Position numbers and translations under genes: made by a program. The notes beneath the pieces were generated by a model. That model was not told the origin of the DNA. It made no database searches and worked only from the letters and a program-made list of their open reading frames with translations. DNA of 43,689 nucleotides from a virus (lineage: Duplodnaviria > Heunggongvirae > Uroviricota > Caudoviricetes). Positions 33,283 to 42,729 of this stretch are shown piece by piece. Where the stretch lies: IMG/VR virus record IMGVR_UViG_3300045988_038444, positions 1-43,689 of that record, one strand, 5' to 3'. Each line of letters begins with the position of its first letter. The first letter of the stretch is position 1.

Positions 33283-34638
33283 TCAGTCGTCAATAGACGG
33301 TAACCCATCCCCGGCTTTATCAATCCCCGTAATAGGTAGACCCGCCTCTTTATATACGTATTCCTGAAGGTCTGGATCCGGGAATACAGGCGCGCCAGCT
33401 TGTGCAAGTCGTGCAAGTGCAGTGGTCAACGTTTCGATACTGTCTTTACTGATCGACCCGGCGCGAATCGACGGGCGGTATTCATCAGGAAATGCGTTTA
33501 ACGACCATAACTGCGGTATCAACTGACGATTAACACATTCTACAATGCTGTCAATACGTGATTGCATTGCGCGGATCCATAATTCAGTACGACTACCCAG
33601 GTTAGCATTATTCCCGGTATTACCACCCGTTCCGAAAAACATGAAATCAGCCAGTAACGCACGGGCAATACTGGTATCCAGGCGTTTAATCGTCCGGTCA
33701 ATATCCACAGAACTGGTCTGATTAGGTGTAACGAATTCCAGTTTCACCTGTTGTTCACCACCATACGTGGTAACACCTGTTTCGTTATCGTAACCCGTGA
33801 TATACGGTTTAGAATAAATCACCAGTCCTGATTGTTCATTGCGTTTGATATTAGCGACGATGTTTTCATAGTTATCAATCATCGCCTGTGCTGCCTGACG
33901 TTGTTGTTCAGGAACGTTGGGGTCATTAGCCGCTTTCTTAATATCTGCGTTAACAGTAATTACCGGGAACCCTGTACCACGTTCGGCAAGTATGGATTCG
34001 ATTTCCATATTCACTTTTTTGTAGTACCACGGACGATAAGCTGTGCGCAGCAGTGATAAACCTTCCGGGTTACCTTTATTCGGACTTGAAATCAAATGAA
34101 GCGAACGGTCACGCGTGATTAACGTCGTTGTACCCTGGTTAGGTGAACGTTGATAAATACCACGAACATAACCTGTCGGTTCTTCAATGTCCCAGCCAGC
34201 AAGCGTTTCAGGTGCTACAGGAACCAGACGGGCAATACCCACCGTGCCATCATCAAGGTCTTTCACCCAGATGTCATACCAACCCCAGCCAAACACATCA
34301 ACGTCTGTCCATGTCTGAACGAACGCGGACCAGGTATCGTCCGGGAGTGCACCACGCGGATCACCCATTTTATTTTCAACAGCATCCTGTAACCATTCTG
34401 AATAACGAATAGCTTCTGGATCATCTTTGTCAGACGGGTCAAAAATCCACTGTACAGAACGATAAACGCTACTCATAGCGAATAACACACCGCCAATAGT
34501 TTCGTCGTTCTCAGCCATCTGACGCAGAATACGACGGCCTTGTTTACCGTTCAGCTTAGGAAGGAAATCGTCGTTTACCTGGTTGCCTGTTCGACTGTAC
34601 CCGGCAACGGCTAGTTGTTCGAATTGTTGATCAGCCAT
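33283..34638 (-). CDS. Portal protein
   Basis: 451-aa ORF between the terminase and head morphogenesis genes; size and position fit a portal; no motif check possible. Confidence 0.7.
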   Translation of the reverse strand: MADQQFEQLAVAGYSRTGNQVNDDFLPKLNGKQGRRILRQMAENDETIGGVLFAMSSVYRSVQWIFDPSDKDDPEAIRYSEWLQDAVENKMGDPRGALPDDTWSAFVQTWTDVDVFGWGWYDIWVKDLDDGTVGIARLVPVAPETLAGWDIEEPTGYVRGIYQRSPNQGTTTLITRDRSLHLISSPNKGNPEGLSLLRTAYRPWYYKKVNMEIESILAERGTGFPVITVNADIKKAANDPNVPEQQRQAAQAMIDNYENIVANIKRNEQSGLVIYSKPYITGYDNETGVTTYGGEQQVKLEFVTPNQTSSVDIDRTIKRLDTSIARALLADFMFFGTGGNTGNNANLGSRTELWIRAMQSRIDSIVECVNRQLIPQLWSLNAFPDEYRPSIRAGSISKDSIETLTTALARLAQAGAPVFPDPDLQEYVYKEAGLPITGIDKAGDGLPSIDD

Positions 34639-34707
34639 GTTCTACAGGCTCCATACGGTTTACGGTTCTTAACGTATGTTATATCAGTGATGGTTTTTTT
34701 GCACGGT

Positions 34708-34752
34708 GTTAAAATAATTCTTGACGAATTGCAAACGTGCGATTATGCTTTA
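34708..34752 (+). promoter_or_regulatory. Conserved early promoter copy (-35 TTGACG 34721-34726, -10 tatgct)
   Basis: gttaaaataattcttgacgaattgcaaacgtgcgattatgct. Confidence 0.7.
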
Positions 34753-34780
34753 GTCATCAAATGAACGAAGGGTGATAACT

Positions 34781-35092
34781 ATGAAACCGAATGAAAATAT
34801 TACACAACTGGATATTGCTTTTGGACCTAAAAACATTGCTGAATTTCTCCCGGCGATGGGTAGTATTCCGAAAGAATTTTTCGAAAATTCTAACCCGTGG
34901 AATCAGTGGGTCAGCAAATGGTTCTTCAACGGTCTGAAAGAATACGCAGTTGCTGTTGAAGGTGTGAACTTTAAAGATGCTCACGCGCATATCAAAGTGA
35001 TCCTGGGTAGTTTCGAACCTAAACACGAACATAAAATTGCCGGGTGTGCGTATCTCGCGTCAATGTGGTTTGTACCGGAGACAGTTAAATGA
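34781..35092 (+). CDS. Hypothetical protein
   Basis: Track ORF 34772..35092; ATG 34781 chosen. Confidence 0.45.
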   Translation: MKPNENITQLDIAFGPKNIAEFLPAMGSIPKEFFENSNPWNQWVSKWFFNGLKEYAVAVEGVNFKDAHAHIKVILGSFEPKHEHKIAGCAYLASMWFVPETVK

Positions 35093-35235
35093 ATCCAAGA
35101 AATATTAGTCGCCCGTGGGTTGAAAATTCACGCTCCGATCACTTCGAACGCCGTAAAGCAGAAGTTAAACGCTTGGTTGCCGCTGGTCACACTAAAAAAC
35201 GTGCACAACAAATTGCTAAAAGTAAGGGGTTTTGA
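35089..35235 (+). CDS. Small basic protein (48 aa)
   Basis: Below track cutoff; ATGA overlap with upstream stop; MNPRNISRPWVENSRSDHFERRKAEVKRLVAAGHTKKRAQQIAKSKGF. Confidence 0.35.
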   Translation: MNPRNISRPWVENSRSDHFERRKAEVKRLVAAGHTKKRAQQIAKSKGF

Positions 35236-35238
35236 ATT

Positions 35239-35397
35239 ATGGTATATGTTCTGATTTTCATTCTTAGTAGTAACATGATCGGTAGTGCTGAATTTAATAG
35301 TAAATCTGCATGTGAACAAGTAAACAAAGATATTCGTACAGCCGGACACCACGTGTGGGCGAAATGTTATCCGAAAGGTATGATAAACGGAGAATAA
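35239..35397 (+). CDS. Small protein with signal-peptide-like N-terminus (52 aa)
   Basis: Below track cutoff; MVYVLIFILSSNMIGSAEF... Confidence 0.3.
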   Translation: MVYVLIFILSSNMIGSAEFNSKSACEQVNKDIRTAGHHVWAKCYPKGMINGE

Positions 35398-35399
35398 TC

Positions 35400-35735
35400 A
35401 TGAATCATGTAAACGCTATTCGCTGTAATGATGAATATCAGTGTTCACACTGTGGTAAATCGTGGGATATCCACGAAGAAGCGCCAGATTGTAAAATGAC
35501 ACTGGTTAGTGCAGATGTGTATAAAACTGTCAATTATTTTGGTTTGTCTTTAACTGTTCCTGAAGATATTGACTATATAGCCACGAATAGTTACGGGGTT
35601 GTTTACGGGTATTTTAGTGAACCAGAACTATGTGATGAATTTTGGGATAATCATCGTTACGGTATCCCAAAAGTGAGGCTTGCAACTGTAAACCTACACG
35701 GGCTGAACTGGCGGGAGACTCTAAGAAAATGTTAA
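35400..35735 (+). CDS. Hypothetical Cys-rich protein
   Basis: Track ORF 35355..35735; ATG 35400 after ggag (MNHVNAIRCNDEYQCSHCGKSWD...). Confidence 0.45.
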   Translation: MNHVNAIRCNDEYQCSHCGKSWDIHEEAPDCKMTLVSADVYKTVNYFGLSLTVPEDIDYIATNSYGVVYGYFSEPELCDEFWDNHRYGIPKVRLATVNLHGLNWRETLRKC

Positions 35736-35890
35736 TTGGCTATGTACTGGTGCTTGTTCTACACGGTGTGGCTATTGAACCTGTGACAGAACGTATTATG
35801 ACGTTCGAACAGTGTCAGGGTGCTTTACAAGCTGAACAGGCTTACAACCCTGATAAAAATTACGGGTGTGCTGAAGTTTATCGGGACTAA
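35729..35890 (+). CDS. Small protein (53 aa)
   Basis: Below track cutoff; start overlaps upstream stop. Confidence 0.3.
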   Translation: MLIGYVLVLVLHGVAIEPVTERIMTFEQCQGALQAEQAYNPDKNYGCAEVYRD

Positions 35891-35895
35891 TTATT

Positions 35896-36051
35896 ATGGA
35901 ATACATGTACATTGCTTTCTCACTTCTGTTAATGATTGTTGTCGTTATTACAACTGAGAAAAAAAGAACAAGGTGTGATGGGTTTAGCAGTTGCTCTGAT
36001 TCGTGTTCTTTCAATCATGTTGCTGGTAACCAGTTTTTCAATTGCTTTTGA
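35896..36051 (+). CDS. Small membrane ORF (frame-1 part of a possible frame-split membrane protein)
   Basis: MEYMYIAFSLLLMIVVVITTEKK...; an A7 run at 35954-35960 separates it from the overlapping frame-2 ORF. Confidence 0.3.
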   Translation: MEYMYIAFSLLLMIVVVITTEKKRTRCDGFSSCSDSCSFNHVAGNQFFNCF

Positions 36052-36172
36052 CATCGTGGAATTACAAAGCGATTATTACGGTTTTGTGAAACTTCAACAT
36101 CAGTTGACATACGCCGTCATATTCGGTTTAGGTTCTGTTAGCCTCGCTGTTCTTTCATCTTTCAGACATTGA
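35978..36172 (+). CDS. Small membrane protein
   Basis: Track ORF 35936..36172; hydrophobic MGLAVALIRVLSIMLLVTSFSIAF and AVIFGLGSVSLAVL. Confidence 0.4.
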   Translation: MGLAVALIRVLSIMLLVTSFSIAFDIVELQSDYYGFVKLQHQLTYAVIFGLGSVSLAVLSSFRH

Positions 36173-36198
36173 AAAAAAGCCCCGGACAGTTCCGGGGC
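36172..36198 (-). terminator. Rho-independent terminator after the large terminase gene
   Basis: Minus strand GCCCCGGA-actg-TCCGGGGC followed by T7. Confidence 0.6.
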
Positions 36199-36299
36199 GA
36201 AGTCGATTAGTAAAACGTGAACGCGGAAAACTGTAATGGTACTATGAACGGACTGGTAAACCCTCTGAAAACGGGCGGGAATAATCCCGCCACACTGTT

Positions 36300-38063
36300 T
36301 TAAAAAATGTCACCGTATTCAGGAGTACCAACAGGATTCACACTACCAGTAAATGGTTCTTCGACAAATTCGGTGCGTTTTGGTGATAGTGCAATAACCG
36401 CAGCGTCGAAAAAGTTTGGTGACTTACTTCCGTTTGGTTTCTTGTCGATCACAATCTTCCCGGCACCGTTACTGGTATACGTTGGCTGACTTAACTCAGC
36501 TTCTAACCGTTGTGCGTTTTCCAGTGACGGATCAATCAGAATGATTTCGTCCGGATCCTGTGGTTGACCTTCCACATACCATTTATAAATTCGCTGACAA
36601 CGCAGGCGTAACGCCCACGATGCTTGTGCTTTATAATTTGAGAAATAATCTTTGTTTGATTTACGGTCTTTGTCACCAGGTTTTGTACCACCGATAATAT
36701 CACCACCCGGATCCACAACTTTTCCATTCGGTAACCACGGGCGCACACGGAAGCGTAAAATATCTTTCCGGTCATTTGCCGCTACTTTAACGCCTGTACC
36801 AACACCGTTAACTTCGTACCAGTATTCATCAACACCCAGCATATTAGCCATCGTCAACATTCCCGGTGCAGCCAGTTCAGCACCCCTGTGGTCAAGTTGC
36901 AGATGTGTCAGGAATACACCGTGAGCAATTACCAGCGCACTGGCATCTTCCCCACCGTCTGCTGCGTCCTGTCCGGCAATACGTTGACCTGTTGGTGTAA
37001 GTAGTCCATTAACTTTGCGCCATTCTGTGTCACGGAAAGCGTCAAAAGCAGCGCGTACCCATTCAGCTTTAATCAACACCCCCTGAACAGCAGCGGCATA
37101 ATCGCGGTCAACTTCCTGTGCGAAAATATGCTGTAAACCTTTTTCAGCGAACGATTGTTTTTCTCGCTTATACCATTCATCGTCTTTAGCCGGGTGATCA
37201 CGCCAGTCAAGAACCATTACACGCAATTTACCACGGGGTAATTTCTTGCCCGGTTCCCATTCCAGACCAGCTTTACGATTACGATAAAAAACGTTACCAA
37301 CACCGTTAACTGAACTGATGTCGATACGAACGTTGGTGTTAGCTGACAACGACGCTTCAATCAGTTCAGGACGGTCTACGTGTGCCGCTTCGTCCAAGAA
37401 GTAGACAGATTTACGACCACCACGACCGATGTTGTCACCAGCTTCACCAGTAATTGTTGCACCGTTTTCAGGGTTGATACATTTCATGTAAACCAGATGG
37501 TCTTTTTCACGCAGACCAACAGGACGTAATTCCGGTGGTAATGCGCGGATAATCTGGCGAATCTTTTCAAAAATACTATCCGGGTCACCCAGTTTATCGA
37601 CAAGCTGCTCTTTACGTGACCCCCAGCCAACTGAAGAACCAGGACGATACAGCCACGCCCACACGGATAAACCACAGGCTACCCAGGTCGCACCATAGTC
37701 TCGTGATTTTTCCCAAAGTCCTTTTTCTTTGTCTTCAAGCGCTTCATAAACAAACTGAACCATATCGATCTGACGTTCGAAAAGGCAGAAAGGCATGTTG
37801 GGTGGATATTCAGTACCGACGTTACGCGGGTCGTAAGTAAACGCCCAGTCGAGGATAAACGCTACCGGGTTTGTTTCGTAATACTTTTTCAGCACCGGGA
37901 CAATTGCCCGATCCGTGCGCATACGGTTTAACAGGTTAATACGGTCAATGTAACACTGCTTGTAATCCGGGCGTGGCTGACCTTTTCGCCAGATACGTTC
38001 GTCATTTGCGTAGGCATCACGCCAGCGCGGGTAATTATGAATATTTCCAGTAAACTTATTCAT
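36300..38063 (-). CDS. terL: Terminase large subunit
   Basis: 587-aa ORF; size and position upstream of portal fit a TerL; no motif-level confirmation. Confidence 0.8.
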   Translation of the reverse strand: MNKFTGNIHNYPRWRDAYANDERIWRKGQPRPDYKQCYIDRINLLNRMRTDRAIVPVLKKYYETNPVAFILDWAFTYDPRNVGTEYPPNMPFCLFERQIDMVQFVYEALEDKEKGLWEKSRDYGATWVACGLSVWAWLYRPGSSVGWGSRKEQLVDKLGDPDSIFEKIRQIIRALPPELRPVGLREKDHLVYMKCINPENGATITGEAGDNIGRGGRKSVYFLDEAAHVDRPELIEASLSANTNVRIDISSVNGVGNVFYRNRKAGLEWEPGKKLPRGKLRVMVLDWRDHPAKDDEWYKREKQSFAEKGLQHIFAQEVDRDYAAAVQGVLIKAEWVRAAFDAFRDTEWRKVNGLLTPTGQRIAGQDAADGGEDASALVIAHGVFLTHLQLDHRGAELAAPGMLTMANMLGVDEYWYEVNGVGTGVKVAANDRKDILRFRVRPWLPNGKVVDPGGDIIGGTKPGDKDRKSNKDYFSNYKAQASWALRLRCQRIYKWYVEGQPQDPDEIILIDPSLENAQRLEAELSQPTYTSNGAGKIVIDKKPNGSKSPNFFDAAVIALSPKRTEFVEEPFTGSVNPVGTPEYGDIF

Positions 38064-38123
38064 GGTTATCGGCCCGTTTGTAACTGTTCTGTATAGTTTA
38101 CCACGGGTGATTGGTGGTGACAG

Positions 38124-38168
38124 AGATTTAAAATAATTCTTGACAGATTGCAGAAGTGGTGTCAGACT
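38124..38168 (+). promoter_or_regulatory. Conserved early promoter copy (-35 TTGACA 38140-38145; weak -10)
   Basis: gatttaaaataattcttgacagattgcagaagtggtgtcagact. Confidence 0.6.
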
Positions 38169-38200
38169 CTGATTATCAATTGAACAGGAGTAACACAGGT

Positions 38201-38533
38201 ATGAATATTAAAGACCACAACGGATTATTTAAAGAAGTTCTTACCGTTCGTCTTGAACGTAATGCACAACCTGAATACGGGCAAAATGCCGTTTACTGTG
38301 TTCATTTTAAAGACACTACATTTTCATATTTTGAAGATGATGTAGACACTGTTGAAATTGGTGGCGACCTTTCAATATTCGTAAAACTTTATAATACTGA
38401 ACTTATGACTTACATGCTTCAAACGGTCCTGAATACGTTCGGTCGCACTGACGGGGTGTGTGTCACTACTCAGACAAAACAACAGGTGTTGCAAAACATC
38501 CGTGAACTACTGGAGCGCGTCGACCATGGGTGA
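38201..38533 (+). CDS. Hypothetical protein
   Basis: Track ORF 38156..38533; ATG 38201 after ggag. Confidence 0.45.
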   Translation: MNIKDHNGLFKEVLTVRLERNAQPEYGQNAVYCVHFKDTTFSYFEDDVDTVEIGGDLSIFVKLYNTELMTYMLQTVLNTFGRTDGVCVTTQTKQQVLQNIRELLERVDHG

Positions 38534-38708
38534 TAAACCAAGTCTGACACCGTGGCGGATCCGTTTAAATGGTGATGATATTAGTACCATTTATGCTTAT
38601 CAGGATAAACCACGAAATTTAGCGCTGGGGCAATACGCGCAATTATTCATGTTGTCGTCCTGGCAAATTGTGCAACGCACACTGGAAAAGATTAAAAGGG
38701 GTTGTTGA
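38526..38708 (+). CDS. Hypothetical small protein
   Basis: Internal ATG 38526 of track ORF 38460..38708, overlapping the upstream stop. Confidence 0.35.
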   Translation: MGDKPSLTPWRIRLNGDDISTIYAYQDKPRNLALGQYAQLFMLSSWQIVQRTLEKIKRGC

Positions 38709-38859
38709 TGATCATGAAACGCGTCGCCATTTCTGGTGTGGCCATTTTAATTCTTATAATAGTGTTTAGCATATTAATAGATAAAGGTGTGGATAATTTA
38801 TGTTTGCTTAATTTTATCAGTGTTACTTCTTTTTACCTTGGGTTATGGTGTTCAAAATA
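38708..38859 (+). CDS. Small membrane protein (50 aa)
   Basis: Below track cutoff; MIMKRVAISGVAILILIIVFSILI...; tgATG overlap. Confidence 0.3.
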
Positions 38860-39249
38860 ATGTGGAACATCTGTCATAAATCCGGGCGAGTACTGTTCAC
38901 TACGAATGATGAACGGACCGCTATGAATCGTGCTAAATATGGGTGGAGGGTTAAAAAAGTGGATGACCGTTACGAAATTGCAAAACAGCACGGAATGTCG
39001 ATAGAGTTCATCGACTGGTTTTGGGAGAACAAGAAAGCCAGTTTAGGTAGTGTCTGGTTTATCACTATGAGTACAATGTGGGAAGGGTGGAAAGGCGCGT
39101 TAGGTGATCCCGTGGGTGAAATTGTTGAAAGACCGTGTGAAGCAGAACTACGTTCTCCCGGTGAAACATACAAATACCTGCGTGGAAAACTCAACATGGA
39201 ACGTATGCCAGTAGGTACAAAGTTTTACGCCAGCCGAAACCCCTGTTAA
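38860..39249 (+). CDS. Hypothetical protein
   Basis: Track ORF 38845..39249; ATG 38860 overlaps the upstream stop. Confidence 0.4.
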   Translation: MWNICHKSGRVLFTTNDERTAMNRAKYGWRVKKVDDRYEIAKQHGMSIEFIDWFWENKKASLGSVWFITMSTMWEGWKGALGDPVGEIVERPCEAELRSPGETYKYLRGKLNMERMPVGTKFYASRNPC

Positions 39250-39320
39250 ATTATTGTAAAACCCATACCATTCTTACCAGTTCCGCACTACCCTGAAACT
39301 ATCAAACAGGAGTGCGGAAC

Positions 39321-39527
39321 ATGTTCAGATACGTTTTAAAATTACTCGCCATTATTGCAACATGGCTAATCATACAGTCCGGGTATGACCTGCGTGTTCG
39401 TAACCAATGTTCAGACTATCAACGCATTACACGAACTGCGACAATCTACAGTCACGGTATTTGTTACGCGGCAGACAGTGACGGACAGTTTAAAATAATT
39501 CTTGACGGTTTACACATCATCAGATAG
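39321..39527 (+). CDS. Hypothetical small protein with hydrophobic N-terminus
   Basis: ggag RBS; 3' end overlaps the next promoter copy. Confidence 0.35.
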   Translation: MFRYVLKLLAIIATWLIIQSGYDLRVRNQCSDYQRITRTATIYSHGICYAADSDGQFKIILDGLHIIR

Positions 39528-39533
39528 ACTTCA
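39489..39533 (+). promoter_or_regulatory. Conserved early promoter copy (-35 TTGACG 39502-39507, -10 tagact)
   Basis: gtttaaaataattcttgacggtttacacatcatcagatagact. Confidence 0.65.
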
Positions 39534-39562
39534 GTTTGTGTAAAACAACTGGAGTTATCACC

Positions 39563-39829
39563 ATGTTTAAAACTGGTCAACACGTAGAAGTCACCAGTCC
39601 ACGACTGTTAGAAGTTCTCGCACGTCGCAAATCTAAACCGTTCGGCACTGTTGTAGCGGTCGATCCGCAAGCTGAATACCCGGTTAAAGTTCGCATCACT
39701 GACGATACAGGGTTTCAAATCCCCTTCACGTTCAACGGTGAACAGTGCGATTACACTTTCTCATTTACTATGAACGGTCATCATGACCATCGTAGCCTGA
39801 CACCTGATTTAAGAGTGGTGAATGTATGA
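39563..39829 (+). CDS. Hypothetical protein
   Basis: Track ORF 39536..39829; ATG 39563 after ggag. Confidence 0.45.
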   Translation: MFKTGQHVEVTSPRLLEVLARRKSKPFGTVVAVDPQAEYPVKVRITDDTGFQIPFTFNGEQCDYTFSFTMNGHHDHRSLTPDLRVVNV

Positions 39830-40068
39830 TGAGTACGAAAACAACAATTATCAACTGTTTTCGGAAAGTTACTGGGTACGATCCGAATGTAATTATCACC
39901 GCCAACGGTTTGTATTATTCGGTAGATAATTATGGTCTGAACAATACTTTATGGAGTGTTCCACCACAACAAATTATTACTGACCATAAACAACCACATC
40001 GTAAAACAGGTATTGCAAAAGCCCGACGCGATGCGAAGAAAAGAAGGAACCGGAAATTAAACGGTTGA
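39826..40068 (+). CDS. Hypothetical protein with basic C-terminus
   Basis: 80-aa ORF; ATGA overlap. Confidence 0.4.
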   Translation: MMSTKTTIINCFRKVTGYDPNVIITANGLYYSVDNYGLNNTLWSVPPQQIITDHKQPHRKTGIAKARRDAKKRRNRKLNG

Positions 40069-40102
40069 TTATCTCATTCACAAATTAAACAGGAAAACAA
40101 AT

Positions 40103-41017
40103 ATGAACTTCTTTAAAAACGCTATTATTTATCGTCTGACTAATCCTATGGCACTAATGGCCCAGTTGCCAACACTGGAAGACAGCCTGTGTGCGTTTCA
40201 ATTCAATCCATGTGGTTCACAGGATATGGCGCGTACTGGTTGGGTTCCGGCAACTGAACAACATCATACGCTGGTTCACCAGGCTAATGGGCAATATCTG
40301 CTGACCATCCAGAAACAGGAAAAGATTATTCCTGGTCCGGTCATTAAACAGCATCTGAACGCGCGAATCGCCAAACTGGAAGCGGAACAGGCGCGTAAAC
40401 TGAAGAAAACAGAGAAAGATAGCCTGAAAGATGAAGTATTGCACAGTCTGTTACCACGAGCATTCGTTAAAAACAGTCGTACACAGTTGTGGATTGATAT
40501 CACTAGCGGGTTGATCGTGGTTGATGCGTCCAGTGCTAAACGGACTGAAGACGCATTAGCACTATTGCGTAAATCCCTGGGTAGTCTGCCAGTCGTCCCA
40601 CTGACAACTGAAAACCCTGTTGAACTGACAACAACGGAGTGGGTACGTTCAGGAAACGCGCCAACAGGTTTCACAATGGGTGATTCTGCGGAATTGAAAG
40701 CAATCCTGACTGACGGCGGTGTTGCACGCGTTAAAAAACAGGATTTAACCAGTGATGAAATAGCCACGCATATTGAAGCAGGAAAAGTTGTTACAAAACT
40801 GGCTCTGAACTGGCTGCAGCGGGTAACGTTTACGCTAACTGACAGCATGACGTTAAACCGTGTGAAATTCTGCGACGGGTTGCTCGACCAGAACGACGAT
40901 ATCGATCGTGAAGACAGTCTGACACGATTTGACGCTGATTTTGTACTAATGACAGGTGAACTTCAGGCGCTGATCAAACAACTTATCACTGCTTTGGGTG
41001 GGGAGGCTAAACGATGA
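40103..41017 (+). CDS. rdgC: Recombination-associated protein RdgC homologue
   Basis: 304 aa; long collinear similarity to E. coli RdgC as recalled (FKN..YRL start, [64 protein letters not shown] end). Confidence 0.8.
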   Translation: MNFFKNAIIYRLTNPMALMAQLPTLEDSLCAFQFNPCGSQDMARTGWVPATEQHHTLVHQANGQYLLTIQKQEKIIPGPVIKQHLNARIAKLEAEQARKLKKTEKDSLKDEVLHSLLPRAFVKNSRTQLWIDITSGLIVVDASSAKRTEDALALLRKSLGSLPVVPLTTENPVELTTTEWVRSGNAPTGFTMGDSAELKAILTDGGVARVKKQDLTSDEIATHIEAGKVVTKLALNWLQRVTFTLTDSMTLNRVKFCDGLLDQNDDIDREDSLTRFDADFVLMTGELQALIKQLITALGGEAKR

Positions 41018-41346
41018 GAACAGAACAGGAACGTATTATTCAGTGGTTATGTTCTGGTGAAACCGGACTAAGCTCTAAAACGATGGTCTGCATTCACACG
41101 GGTAATGAAATGGGTTACGGCTGGGAGTTTAGAGCACCCTTTGACGTTTCTGATTTTCGCCGTTGTTGGTTCCTGGTTGAAGCTGTGCCAGAAATCAGAA
41201 ACAGTTTTCCGTTGATTGCTGAAAAGTGTCCGGCGTTTAAAGGTGTGATTGAAAACTGGGACGTTATTAGCGCAGCTTATGAACGTGAACGCGGATCCGG
41301 TAAATGTCCTGAAACGTATCGGTTACTGAAAGAAAGTTTAAAATAA
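41014..41346 (+). CDS. Hypothetical protein
   Basis: 110-aa ORF; stop lies within the next promoter copy. Confidence 0.45.
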   Translation: MRTEQERIIQWLCSGETGLSSKTMVCIHTGNEMGYGWEFRAPFDVSDFRRCWFLVEAVPEIRNSFPLIAEKCPAFKGVIENWDVISAAYERERGSGKCPETYRLLKESLK

Positions 41347-41381
41347 TTCTTGACGGGTTGCACAAGGAAGTGTAATATTAC
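41337..41381 (+). promoter_or_regulatory. Conserved early promoter copy (-35 TTGACG 41350-41355, extended -10 tgtaatat)
   Basis: gtttaaaataattcttgacgggttgcacaaggaagtgtaatat. Confidence 0.7.
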
Positions 41382-41412
41382 CTCATTGAAACGAATTATG
41401 AGGAACCGGAAA

Positions 41413-41604
41413 ATGTTATTTACAAAAGAATGGTATGAAATCATGGAGTCTTTCGAAAAGAATTGCAAAGGGCGTTTTCGTTTTGACCGTGAAGAAAAAG
41501 AAATGTGGAAAATTGGTGCGTACTATCAGCAAGGAGAATGTAACGAGTGGTTCAAAATGTTTCTTGCTGGTTATATGGCTGGTCGTGCTACTTATCTCAA
41601 CTAA
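41413..41604 (+). CDS. Hypothetical small protein
   Basis: Track ORF 41350..41604; ATG 41413 after gagga. Confidence 0.4.
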   Translation: MLFTKEWYEIMESFEKNCKGRFRFDREEKEMWKIGAYYQQGECNEWFKMFLAGYMAGRATYLN

Positions 41605-41614
41605 TGCGTAAAAC

Positions 41615-41636
41615 GCCCCGTAAGGGGCTTTCTTAT
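41615..41636 (+). terminator. Rho-independent terminator (gcccc-gtaa-ggggc plus tttctt)
   Basis: Directly after the stop of gene 41413..41604. Confidence 0.55.
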
Positions 41637-41697
41637 ATCACCCTGTACCCTTGCACCACCCATCAACAGATCGTCGAAACGCAAACGGTTTCCGGCG

Positions 41698-42333
41698 TTA
41701 TTTAAGCGCTTTCTGATACAGTTGCGCGATGTCGTCAATAGTTGCACCTTCAGGAACACTCTGAACCACGTTTCCAACCACACCAGACAATTCCACACGG
41801 TCGATACTGTTCCCGGTGATCTTATCCAGTTGTTCAGACGCTTTTGCACGAGTTTTCGGGTCGAACAGTTCACGTGTCACCAGAATGTATCCACCCAGCA
41901 TGTAACGTTTGTAGCAAACTACGTACTGTTGTAGATGGCTGGGGATATCGTCGGTACTGTTCACCCACAGGTGTTTCGCTTCCGTGTCGTCTTCACCAGG
42001 AACGATGACACGCTGACAATACGGTTCCAGTAATTCTTCAGCCGTGCTTGCCGCTCGTTTCCACCACTCGACACGACTCGTTAACGATTCCCCTACAGAC
42101 TCAAGCGCATGACTTCCCATCGCGTCCAGATAGTTCAACACCTTCGTATTCGACAGGAGGCGATGTGCGGTCGTTGCAGCCGCTGCATCAGACGTGTGAC
42201 CCGGATAAGCCTCTAAAACACATCGCGTATTGCTGAAGCCGTTATTGACACGATCTAACCACAGGTTGGCGAACTTGAGCTGTTCCGGCGACAACTCCAG
42301 AGCAGCCCTTTTAGCCCGGTCTGAAATTTTCAT
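41698..42333 (-). CDS. Terminase small subunit-like protein (Terminase_2-type N-terminus)
   Basis: Start at Met 42333 after gggaga; LSPEQLKFANLWLDRVNNGFSNTRCVLEAYPGHTSDAAAATTAHRLLSNTKVLNYLD fits the small-terminase DNA-binding pattern as I recall it. Confidence 0.5.
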   Translation of the reverse strand: MKISDRAKRAALELSPEQLKFANLWLDRVNNGFSNTRCVLEAYPGHTSDAAAATTAHRLLSNTKVLNYLDAMGSHALESVGESLTSRVEWWKRAASTAEELLEPYCQRVIVPGEDDTEAKHLWVNSTDDIPSHLQQYVVCYKRYMLGGYILVTRELFDPKTRAKASEQLDKITGNSIDRVELSGVVGNVVQSVPEGATIDDIAQLYQKALK

Positions 42334-42602
42334 AAATTTGTCTCCCATAAATTTTAAATTAGTTTCCCACAGATACCCACGGGTTGTCCACACGCCCTGT
42401 TTTACAGCTAATACAATGTTAATATTAAGTTTACAGTTAGTGCACAATATGCATTAATTTTCGACTATATACATAAATACGTAGCCCATAATCACAATGA
42501 TTTCAAAGACTTGCATAAAAACATAGATTACAATAGGTATCTCCCAGACTTTTATTTTAGCTCTATTTACAGCTAATACACTATATGCACTATCTCTATC
42601 TT

Positions 42603-42712
42603 TCTATACTACTTCTTCTTTATATCTATGTTTTCTATGTTATCTATAAAAAGATAATAAAAAGAATAAGATAGAGAAGGGTCGGTTAAAAAATAAACAT
42701 GACGAAATCTAT
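42603..42712. repeat. Conserved ~110-bp noncoding element, copy B (core 42643-42708)
   Basis: Matches 27527-27640; core 62 of 66 nt identical. Confidence 0.8.
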
Positions 42713-42729
42713 GTTAAGTATAACTTTAA

